Assembly: GCA_025454855.1 (NCBI GenBank)
Contig: JALONS010000001.1
Location: 13,306 to 77,305 of the forward strand
Source: Arcicella sp.
GTDB lineage: Bacteria; Bacteroidota; Bacteroidia; Cytophagales; Spirosomataceae
DNA: 64,000 nucleotides
Direction: 5' to 3'
Each line of letters begins with the position of its first letter. The first letter of the stretch is position 1. Shown in pieces: positions 49,786-59,200 of this stretch. The notes beneath the pieces are model-generated. The model worked only from the letters and a program-made list of their open reading frames with translations. It ran no database searches and was not told the DNA's origin. The position numbers and the translations under genes were made by a program.

Positions 49786-50247
49786 TTATAAATCAGCGTA
49801 TTTTACAGGACTACATTGTGAAAACTTTTGGATACTATGTAAATCGAATTGAGCTGTTTGGGAAAATTGTTGCACTAATTCTTTGAATCTAACTTTTTGA
49901 GTATCAGTTATTTGTTCATCTTTTATATCAAAAATAAAATAATCAATCATTCCTTTTTGTGAAAAATAAATACGATTGAAGCATCTAACTTGTTTGCCCC
50001 ATTTAAAGTTATTTTTTGCTAAAAACTGGGCTAATTGAATAAGAATCTTTTGATATGCTTTTCTGTACTGTTCAGTATTTTTGAATACTGATTTTGTGGA
50101 ATCACTATCAATTCCACTTTTATAGAGACTATCTAATTGTGGGATTAATTTCATTGTTTCAGCTTCCTGAAAAGTTATACATTTTTGTGCTATTAAGGTG
50201 TTTTGCATAAAAATTAATAATAATAATATGCAGATTACTTTTGCCAT
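49786..50247 (-). CDS. Exported hypothetical protein
   Basis: Signal peptide; 153 aa. Confidence 0.65.
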   Translation of the reverse strand: MAKVICILLLLIFMQNTLIAQKCITFQEAETMKLIPQLDSLYKSGIDSDSTKSVFKNTEQYRKAYQKILIQLAQFLAKNNFKWGKQVRCFNRIYFSQKGMIDYFIFDIKDEQITDTQKVRFKELVQQFSQTAQFDLHSIQKFSQCSPVKYADL

Positions 50248-50489
50248 GATTGAGACCTATGTTTTATGTTTAATTATCTGTGAATTGTAATTTTAGGATT
50301 TTGATTTTACTTGCAAATCACTCAATCACCATTCGTAAATAGAATTTCTGTATAATTAAAGGTGTAGAACCAGTTTAGTATTGATTGTTCGTACTCAGTA
50401 ATTTTCAAAACGATGTGAACTAAAGACAATTTATTATAGATGTTCCCCCTTTGAATTTTTAATAATTGGCTGATAGCCGAATCAAAGCC

Positions 50490-50870
50490 CTACTGCTCTT
50501 CTTCCTTCATTTTATGAATCATTGCCAGAATTTCGTCGGCATCTTTGACATCAATTTTCCCTTTCTTTGAGAAAAATGAGAACAGACTTGAAAAGGAATT
50601 CTCAAAATACCCTTCTACTAATTTTTCTGTTGCATACGAGCTATAACTCTCCTTACTAATTACTGGAAAATATTCGTGCGATTTCCCGTAGGCATTATGG
50701 CTCACAAACCCTTTTTCTTGTAAAATTCTAATAATAGTTGATACCGTATTGTACGCAGGTTTGGGTTCGGGGAGTTCATCTAAAACGTCTTTTACAAACC
50801 CTTTTTCTATTTGCCAAAGCACCTGCATAATTTGTTCTTCGGCTTTGGTTAGCTCTCTTTCTGGTTGCAT
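50490..50870 (-). CDS. BlaI/MecI/CopY family repressor
   Basis: LTKAEEQIMQVLW, PKPAYNTVSTIIRIL..KG. Confidence 0.92.
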   Translation of the reverse strand: MQPERELTKAEEQIMQVLWQIEKGFVKDVLDELPEPKPAYNTVSTIIRILQEKGFVSHNAYGKSHEYFPVISKESYSSYATEKLVEGYFENSFSSLFSFFSKKGKIDVKDADEILAMIHKMKEEEQ

Positions 50871-50917
50871 GGTTTTAATTTATATGCTGATTATGATACC
50901 TTTATTGATTGATAGGA

Positions 50918-50962
50918 TAAATATATAACTAATATTTTAGTTTACAAACTATTTCTTTAGTT
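50918..50962 (-). promoter_or_regulatory. blaI promoter overlapped by two AACTA-N6-TAGTT operators
   Basis: Palindromes at 50927-50942 and 50947-50962; minus-strand TTTG-N19-TATATTTA. Confidence 0.6.
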
Positions 50963-50991
50963 TTTTAGAAATATTTTAAAGAGAGGCAAAC

Positions 50992-51021
50992 AAAAAAGGT
51001 TAGCCGAACGACTAACCTTTT
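50992..51021 (-). terminator. Terminator
   Basis: AAAAAAGGTTAG-ccgaacga-CTAACCTTTT. Confidence 0.65.
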
Positions 51022-51052
51022 AACTAAATCAATTTTCAATAAAATTTTTGGA

Positions 51053-51550
51053 TTATTTGTTTCCGAAGAAATATCCTAAGTTAAATCCGATAGATGGTAA
51101 AACACCGTCATAAGTTACTGTACCAGCACTTGACCCACCCGCAATCCAGTATGCAGGTCCAAGGCTCGCTTCAATAGTGAAATTATCACCTAACAACCAC
51201 TGATAACCGATTTGAGCTCCTAACGAGAATGAAGAATAACTAAAATCTGCTAAATCTTTTTGCTTAAATGAACCATACTGAACTTCTGGAGCTACAAAGA
51301 ATCCAGCTGGAAAGTCTTTACTGGCTGATAAATATCTACGATACTGTAAACCAAGACCAAATCCAGTAACCGAAGAACGGCTATAAACATAAGCACTTGG
51401 ATAAATAGAGCTTTTTTCTCCTAATTGTTTTTCATAACCAGCATTGATTACTCCGAAAGCCAATGAGATAGGAGCAACTTTGATAATTTGGGCATTAATA
51501 GTGGCGTTAATCGCAACGATGGTGATTAATGTGAGTAAGATTTTTTTCAT
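51053..51550 (-). CDS. Small outer-membrane beta-barrel (DUF3575-like)
   Basis: Signal peptide; eight predicted strands; ATG at 51550. Confidence 0.7.
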   Translation of the reverse strand: MKKILLTLITIVAINATINAQIIKVAPISLAFGVINAGYEKQLGEKSSIYPSAYVYSRSSVTGFGLGLQYRRYLSASKDFPAGFFVAPEVQYGSFKQKDLADFSYSSFSLGAQIGYQWLLGDNFTIEASLGPAYWIAGGSSAGTVTYDGVLPSIGFNLGYFFGNK

Positions 51551-51701
51551 AATGTTTTTATTAAAGTTTAATAGAAATATGTTTTTCAAACGCTGAAAAA
51601 CGCACAAAATTAATGCCTGTTTTATCTGTAAACAATATCGAGAAGAGATACGATATGTAAGTGCTTGATTATCAGCTATACGGATTTATTATACGGTAAA
51701 A

Positions 51702-52481
51702 TTACTCAATAAACTTCTTGATGAGAATATCAAAAACTTCGATAAGGATTAGAATAATTACAATCCATTCAAGGCGAGTGGATTCCCTATTTTGGAGGAG
51801 GTCGGTGAAAAGTGTCAGGTTTTCTTGAACAATTTTTAATTTGTAGTCAATGTCCTGATAACGCATTTTAAGGTCGAAGGTTTTTTTCAAACCTTTGTCG
51901 ATTCGTTCTAAATGTTCATTTTCCCAAACCACATCGGGGGCATCAAAGATGTACAAATTATCAATAATACTGTTTTTAATATTGATGGTTCTGCCAATAA
52001 ATTTCAATAAATCTTTCTTAGAATATTTAAAAGTGCCCGTTTTTTCAAGCTCATCGGTAATGACTTGCGAATCTTTAAAAATCTCTAAAGTAAGGTCTTC
52101 GTAGTGGTCTAAGGCTACCGACTGCCCAATATTCAGCATGACAATTCGGATGGTATCATCGGTAATTTCAGAAACGGTTATCGAGTTATATTTCAGCACT
52201 ACCGACACCGAAGCATCCGTTTGGAGGTCGAAAGATTCATCGTACTTACTTTGTATTTCATCTTCTATATAACCCTTCAAAAACTTCAAAAACTCACTTT
52301 TACCTAAATCATTAAAACCAGCAAATACTACTACGCCATAGCTTAACAGATAGCAATATTTATCACTATCTGGTTTATAAAAAAGTTCAGAATTATTAAA
52401 CAGCAAAGGTTGGCTGGCGTATTCATTCCTAAACTTTTTTAGATTGATGACTTCTGATATTTGGTAGGCTTCAATTTTCAT
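51702..52481 (-). CDS. RMD1/YagE (DUF155) family protein
   Basis: SYGVVVF, QSVALDHYE, PDVVWE, RLEWIVIILI. Confidence 0.88.
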   Translation of the reverse strand: MKIEAYQISEVINLKKFRNEYASQPLLFNNSELFYKPDSDKYCYLLSYGVVVFAGFNDLGKSEFLKFLKGYIEDEIQSKYDESFDLQTDASVSVVLKYNSITVSEITDDTIRIVMLNIGQSVALDHYEDLTLEIFKDSQVITDELEKTGTFKYSKKDLLKFIGRTINIKNSIIDNLYIFDAPDVVWENEHLERIDKGLKKTFDLKMRYQDIDYKLKIVQENLTLFTDLLQNRESTRLEWIVIILILIEVFDILIKKFIE

Positions 52482-52490
52482 ATTAACATA

Positions 52491-52552
52491 GTCAGTTATC
52501 AGTGAATAGGTAATTCGTTAGCAGTGAATTGATTACTGCTAACTGTTCACTG
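52491..52552. repeat. Short inverted heptamer cassette
   Basis: TCAGTTA TCAGTGA ATAGGTA ... TTACTGC TAACTGT TCACTGT. Confidence 0.55.
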
Positions 52553-53821
52553 TCTTATTTGTCCATCACCCGTTACTACCCATTTTTCGGTTACTAATTT
52601 TTCTAACGCAAAAGGTCCACGAGCGTGTAGTTTTTGGGTTGAAATACCAATTTCTGCTCCTAAACCAAACTGTCCTCCATCGGTAAAACGAGTAGAAGCA
52701 TTACTATAAACGGCAGCGGCATCTACTTCTTCGATGAACTGTTGGCAATAATCAGCGTTTTGAGAAACAATGGCTTCTGAATGTCGAGATGAATATTTAC
52801 TGATGTGTTTCAAGGCTTCATGGATTCCCGAAACCACTTTTATGGAACATTTGTAATCTAAAAATTCTCTTCCAAAATCTTCAGGATTTGCTTTTTGTAG
52901 ATATGGATAATCAATTTCTGACAAGATAGCATAGGCAATTTCATCCGCAAAAACTTCAACCTGATAGGCAGTTAAACCTTGATAAAGCATTGGAAGAAAA
53001 TCAGCAGCAATATTTTCATCTACCAAAACGGTATCCAATGAATTACAAACGGATGGTCTTGATACTTTAGCATTGACCACAATATTGGCAGCTTTTTCTA
53101 AATCAGCGGAACTTTCTACGTAAGTATGGCACACACCCGCACCCGTTTCAATGGTAGGAACGAGTGAATGCTTCCGCACGAATTGAATCAGAGCATCTGA
53201 CCCTCGGGGAATGATTAAATCTACGTAACGTGTAGCGGTTAATAACTCTTTTACCAACTCACGGTCGGGTGGAAGGAGTGTAATACAGTAAGTATCTACC
53301 CCAAATTCTTGTAAAATTCCGTGAATCAGACTGACTAAAAAACAGTTCGTATCAAACGCATCAGAACCACCACGCAATACTACGGCATTACCAGAACGAA
53401 TACAAAGAGCTGTAACATCAACGGTTACGTTGGGGCGAGCCTCAAAAATAACCCCAATTACACCCATTGGTACGGCTATTTTCTTGATTTTTAGTCCATT
53501 ACTTAATTCCTTTTCTACAATGAGTTGTCCAGATGGGTCTTGCAATTCAGCTACTTCTTTCATGCTGTCTGCTAAATCCTGAATCCGTTGGGGCGTTAAT
53601 TTTAAGCGGTCATATTTGGGGTCATTTACATCCATGCGAAGTAAATCCTTTTGATTCTCCGTTAGGATATTTTCAGTATTTTCAACTAAAACGACTGCCA
53701 AGCGGTTCAGAATGGCTTTTTTCTGAGTATCCGTTAGCCGTCTTACTTCGGCAGCAGCAGCGTGAGTTTTTTCTAAAAGCGGTATAATTGTTTTAGGAAG
53801 TTCTAAGGTTTCCAATTCCAT
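52547..53821 (-). CDS. proA: Gamma-glutamyl phosphate reductase
   Basis: GVIFEARPNVT, IPRG, SVCNS, NASTRFTDGGQFGLGAEIGISTQKLHARGP. Confidence 0.96.
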   Translation of the reverse strand: MELETLELPKTIIPLLEKTHAAAAEVRRLTDTQKKAILNRLAVVLVENTENILTENQKDLLRMDVNDPKYDRLKLTPQRIQDLADSMKEVAELQDPSGQLIVEKELSNGLKIKKIAVPMGVIGVIFEARPNVTVDVTALCIRSGNAVVLRGGSDAFDTNCFLVSLIHGILQEFGVDTYCITLLPPDRELVKELLTATRYVDLIIPRGSDALIQFVRKHSLVPTIETGAGVCHTYVESSADLEKAANIVVNAKVSRPSVCNSLDTVLVDENIAADFLPMLYQGLTAYQVEVFADEIAYAILSEIDYPYLQKANPEDFGREFLDYKCSIKVVSGIHEALKHISKYSSRHSEAIVSQNADYCQQFIEEVDAAAVYSNASTRFTDGGQFGLGAEIGISTQKLHARGPFALEKLVTEKWVVTGDGQIRQ

Positions 53822-54057
53822 TTTTGTGTATTTTTATGTAATTTCCCTGTAAAGGTCGGAAAAAATGAGTGAATACAGCACAGAGAATGCAGAATAGTTT
53901 GTTCGTTATTAGAAATAATGGAAAAACGATTTTATTGTATATCAGTCAAACCTTTCCAAAAAATGAAATTATAAGATATTGATTATCAAATTTTTACATA
54001 AATCAGTAACAGCGACGGTTGCCGTCCAGAATATTAAATCCGCAACACCATAACTGT

Positions 54058-54480
54058 ATGGACATCAAAAAAAAATACTCCAACGGTGAAGTAACCGTAG
54101 TTTGGGAACCTTCTAAATGTATTCACTCGGCTATTTGCTTTCGGGGATTACCACAGGTTTTTGACCCTCGCAAACGCCCGTGGGTAACGGCAGAAAACGG
54201 CACAACCGAAGCCATCGTGAATCAGGTAAAAGCCTGTCCGTCGGGAGCATTAACCTATTTTATGAATGATGAAGAAAACCACGAGAGTCAAGAAAGCATC
54301 AATACTGTAGTGGAAGTATTAGAGAATGGACCTTTGTTGATTTACGGAAATTTGAAGGTAAAAGACAAAGACGGTAAAGAAACTGTGAAGTCTCAAACTA
54401 CCGCCTTTTGTCGTTGTGGAGCATCACAAAATAAACCTTATTGTGATGGCTCTCACGTGCGTATTGAGTTCCGAGCGTAA
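54058..54480 (+). CDS. Fer4_19 (divergent 4Fe-4S) plus CDGSH iron-sulfur domain protein
   Basis: CIHSAIC...CPSGAL; CRCGASQNKPYCDGSH; ATG at 54058. Confidence 0.9.
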   Translation: MDIKKKYSNGEVTVVWEPSKCIHSAICFRGLPQVFDPRKRPWVTAENGTTEAIVNQVKACPSGALTYFMNDEENHESQESINTVVEVLENGPLLIYGNLKVKDKDGKETVKSQTTAFCRCGASQNKPYCDGSHVRIEFRA

Positions 54481-56130
54481 TTAATTCTTAATGAGTTTTG
54501 CTCTTTCAATGGATGTGCCATCCACTTGATAATCAATCAGATACATTCCATTGGAAAAATGGCTGATGTTTATTTTATGTTGGTAGGTTTTAGCTATTTT
54601 TTCTTCGTCCACTACGCTTGCCACGATTTTTCCCGTAAAATCATAGAGATTGATGTTTACCCGTCCTTTTTGGGGAACGTAGTATTCAATCGTGATGTCA
54701 TTTTCAGATGGGTTCGGGAATACTCGCATGGGCGAATCAGCCGTAATTTCTTGTTCAGTTGCTAAAGGAGAGCCGTAAACTTTAAATTGAGCATCTAACC
54801 AAGCCGTTCGCTGACGAATCCAATCTTTCATCCAGTTGGTTTCATCTCGGTAAGTTACCCCAACGTAATAATTGGGCCATACATATCGCCCTAACACGCC
54901 TGTCCATCTGGAATTATTTCTACTCATTGCAGACTCCAACGCAGCGGAGGTAGAGTCCATCCAAGCGTTAATTCTTTCGGTACTCAGGGTGGTTTTTCTC
55001 AATGCTGTCCATCTACTGGCAGCTTTATATCTAAAAGTAGAATCTTGCGTGAGGCGTTCCCACCATGTGGGAGCGAGAAAATTGACATCTTTGGCAGGGA
55101 TAGCTAAATCATTTACTTTGTACTGCCATCCAGAAGTAACGAAACCATCTAAATAATTAGCGTTACCAAAGGCTAAGTTATAGTCCCAAGCGGGACCCAT
55201 TTTCATTTTTCCACCCTTTGAGTCTTTGTCTTTGTAAAAATAGGTACTCAGACGATACCCATCTACATTTTTGGTAAATTCTGTCAGTAGGAAATAATCC
55301 ACAAAAGAATCAATATCAATGTAATCTCGCCATGCGGCTTTGGGAGAAAGAAAATCGCTGGCTTTTAGTGAAGTCTCGAAATCGGTTACATATTTTCTGA
55401 CGTAGTTGAATTGAGCATCGGTAATATCAGTCATTTTAGGGTATTCTATTTGGTAAGGAATCGTAAATTGTGCCAAACCATAATTGAGTGTAGTGTTCCA
55501 GAGTCTTGATTTAGAGCCCTCAGTTTTATCAATTTTTAGAATATACCCCCCCGTTACATCATCCCCCGAATTATCAGTGGTTTTCAGGGTTGAAATATCC
55601 ACCCTACCTTTATCTTTTTTCACTTTTTCCATCAAGATATAAATGCCTTCGTAATTGCCATTTATCATCATTTCGCAGTAACGAGTACGAGTGGCGTATC
55701 GTCCCATTCGGTTGGCTAAATCGTAGGCTAACACATCACGCATGAGGGTTTTATCATTGTAAGTAGCATTTAGTACCCAGTCAGATTCTTCGGGCATTCC
55801 TAATAAAGCCGCTTTTCTACTTTTTTCGGTAGCATCTACCCATAGTTCAATACCATAAGGTTTTTTGGGGAAAAGTTGTTGTGAGGTAGAACCACGGTAT
55901 TCAATACCTGCTTTCCCTTGATAGACATTGGGTGCGTCGGTTACATTGTTTATTTTACCAGCTCCATTATGGATAATTTCTAAATCTACCAAAATTTTAG
56001 GTTCGTTTACAATAACTCCTCGGTTGGTATTTACTTTGATGATGGGAAGATTCGTTGATGTTAGGGTTTGTCCATTTATGGTAGATAAATGCAGCAATAT
56101 GAGTATTGACAACGTATAAAATAATTTCAT
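54481..56130 (-). CDS. CotH-family kinase with T9SS type A C-terminal domain
   Basis: GIEYRGSTS, NVDGYRLSTY, GPAWDYNLAFG; VFPNPS...GMYLI. Confidence 0.88.
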   Translation of the reverse strand: MKLFYTLSILILLHLSTINGQTLTSTNLPIIKVNTNRGVIVNEPKILVDLEIIHNGAGKINNVTDAPNVYQGKAGIEYRGSTSQQLFPKKPYGIELWVDATEKSRKAALLGMPEESDWVLNATYNDKTLMRDVLAYDLANRMGRYATRTRYCEMMINGNYEGIYILMEKVKKDKGRVDISTLKTTDNSGDDVTGGYILKIDKTEGSKSRLWNTTLNYGLAQFTIPYQIEYPKMTDITDAQFNYVRKYVTDFETSLKASDFLSPKAAWRDYIDIDSFVDYFLLTEFTKNVDGYRLSTYFYKDKDSKGGKMKMGPAWDYNLAFGNANYLDGFVTSGWQYKVNDLAIPAKDVNFLAPTWWERLTQDSTFRYKAASRWTALRKTTLSTERINAWMDSTSAALESAMSRNNSRWTGVLGRYVWPNYYVGVTYRDETNWMKDWIRQRTAWLDAQFKVYGSPLATEQEITADSPMRVFPNPSENDITIEYYVPQKGRVNINLYDFTGKIVASVVDEEKIAKTYQHKINISHFSNGMYLIDYQVDGTSIERAKLIKN

Positions 56131-56255
56131 GACTTTATTGTTTTTGAAGAAGATACTTCCTGTGTAGTAAATAAAGGAAACCTTGATGTCAAAAAAGCAG
56201 CTTTTGAACTAACAAAAACTGCTTGACATGAATTAGTTTTATCAGCTTGGAATCA

Positions 56256-59200
56256 TCAAAAATCGTATCCTAAAGTAATGTAAGAAATTGGATTTTTGAT
56301 TTCTTTGTTTTCCCATCCCCACGCAAAATCATATTTAATATAATAACCTAAAAGCGTTGTTCTTGCCCCTATGCCATAACCTACTAAGAATGGATTTCTG
56401 AAATCTGTCACTGTAGCACGGAATGGTAACAAACCACCACCAATCACACTGGTGTTAAATCCATTTTTACGAGCAAACGGACCCACACCTGTCCAGGCTG
56501 TACCTACATCTGTGAAGGTACTAATCAATAGATTTTTAAAGAAATTATTGTAAATAGGACCGTCATAAAGATATTTTGCAATCGGAATTCGTAACTCTAC
56601 ATTAAATGCTAAATGGCTTGTTCCTGATAATTTATTTACGTTAAATCCTCTCAATGGAGTGGCATAATCCAAGAAGAAAATATCTTTATTATCGTAAATA
56701 TTGCTACTGAATGGATTATTATTATCAGTACGAGCTTCATATTGACATTCTAACCAATTATCCATACCTCCCATGACAGTTTGTTTGGGAGAATTTCCAA
56801 AAGAGTGTCCCCCCGACAAACGTCCAGCCAATACAATTCCCTTACCAAAACGAATGTAGTGACGGAGGTCGGCATAAAAACGATTAAAACCATCTTTAGA
56901 ATTGCTAACTCCTGAATAGTGGTCGAATCTGGCACGAAAACGAGTCCCTTCTAACTGATTCAATCCATGACTGATAGTATTATCATAAACAAACTCTGCT
57001 CTTCCACCTACATAATCAGCATAACCATCAGGAGTATTCAGATTGGTCAAGTCCAAAAAACGATTGGAGGTATAAGAAGGTGATAGCGTAACACGTGTAT
57101 TGGTATTAATCGGGTAAGAAGCCGATAGTGTAATCTTGTTGAAGCGATATTTTTTCTGACTTTGTTCGCCATCATCTATGGCAGTCCTACGGTCTATACG
57201 GACAGTATAGTCAATGCGTTTGGCTAAGTAGGAATACTGACCCCATAAATCGGTATTTTTCAGATTAGGAGTTAGAAAAATACCACCCTGCAAATGATGA
57301 TTTTCTAATAAATCATTCATATTGATAGTTCCTTTTAGTCCGAAACCTCTTTGGGGTAGAGGGTCCACTACAAAATCAAGGTCAGTATTATTTACCACAA
57401 ATGGATTGTTGTATTCAACAGGACCCCTGAGTTTAATGTTGTCTTTCCGATTCTGTTTGGCTACTATAATTTTTTCTACTTTATTTTTCTTATCAGTTTT
57501 TACAGACCCAATGGCTGGTTCTGTACTGCTTTTCTTGGTGTAATTACCCGAATCAAACTGATAATTATCAGTATCTACTTCGCCGGGTTCTAAAGTGATT
57601 TTAGGTTTTGTAACGGGTAAATCATTATTTACTATCGTAGGATTATTTGTTTTAGCTTTATCATTATTGCTTACACTCGGCGGCGTAATGCCATATAACT
57701 TGATGTTTCTTGGGGTGTAAAAAAGGTTGTGTTTTACACTAAAATCTACTTTCTGTTTAAAGGCAAATACCTCAGCATTTCCTTCTAATACCTTAAAAAC
57801 CAGTCCATTTGTACTGGCTGAATAGTCAAAGTCTTGAATATCGTTACGGAAATTACTCACTTGAACAGCCAGTGAGTCTCCTGCCGTAAGGCGATAAATG
57901 TTTTTGATGCCTTTCTCATCGTTTAAGAAATAAATCGTGCTACCATCAGCCACTACAGGATTAGTGATGCTTCCAAAAGAATCCACTAAACGCCTGACAG
58001 TGATGCTTCCAAAAGAATCCACTAAACGCCTGACAGTTTCGGATTTCACTTTCCCTTCGTGAAGAAAAAGATTAAATTTATGATTTAAAGTTTTGTAAGA
58101 GCCTTTATCAATGTCCAAAGAATCTTTTAAGCGATTTGACGTGAAAACGATTTTACCTGCCGTACCTACAAATCGTGGAGATAGGTCGTCGTAGAGGTCG
58201 TTGGTGATTTGTTGGATACGTCCTCGTGCGATATCGTACAGAAATAAATCATTTTGCCCTTTACTAATAGCACTCAATACCAAAGTAGTTCCGTTAGATG
58301 AAATATCGAAATCTTGTACTTGGTCAAAATCTTTTAATACTTTTCGGGAAGCAAATTTTCCTGATAAATCTTTTTCGGTGATGTCGGTGTAAATATTCAG
58401 TAATACATTGCCTTGACTCTCATAGACTATTGCCAATGTTCCGCCTTTTGTCCAAGATAGAAGAGGAGTGTTATAATCAATGGATTGATTGAGCGTTTTA
58501 AAGCCAGATGTTAAGATGGTAACACTGTTTTTAGTTTTTAAATCCATCACTTCCACACTTGAACGACCCAGTTCATTCCTTGAATAAGCCACAAAAGCAC
58601 CGTCAGGACTGATTTTAAATTTATTAATTCTATCAGTACTATTAAATTTCACTTCTTTTATCTTGAAGTCGTAGGAGGGGCTAACATAACTACTGTTAAT
58701 ACTTTCAGCCATTACGGTATAATATTCACGCCATTCTTTCATGAATTTACTGAAGGGCATTCCGATAGTACTTGAAATAGACGTTTGCTCGTTTCGGATG
58801 ATGCGAGTAAGATTGAGAATATTAGCGATGTTATCACGTCCGTATCGTTCAGCTATATAGTTCCAGATAGATTGTCCGATAAATCCTGACTCACGTCCCG
58901 ACGTTTGGCTGGGTCTTTTCAGATTTTTACTCAAAATTACATCACGCATATAAGAGTCCATGTCGGTACTCCAACCTTCTGATACGTAAGAGGTTATACC
59001 GTTCATAAACCAGTCTGGCACACTCAATAATAAGGAGTTTTGGAGTGATTCCTTGATGCTTCCTCCGTACAACATATCGTGTACAAATACATGAGTAATA
59101 TCACCCACGAGTTCTTTTCTGAAAGACGAAGAATTACCCGTATAAGCTATTTCAATGCGTGATTTGGCTAAATTTTCTTCTTTAATTTCTCTTTCACTGG

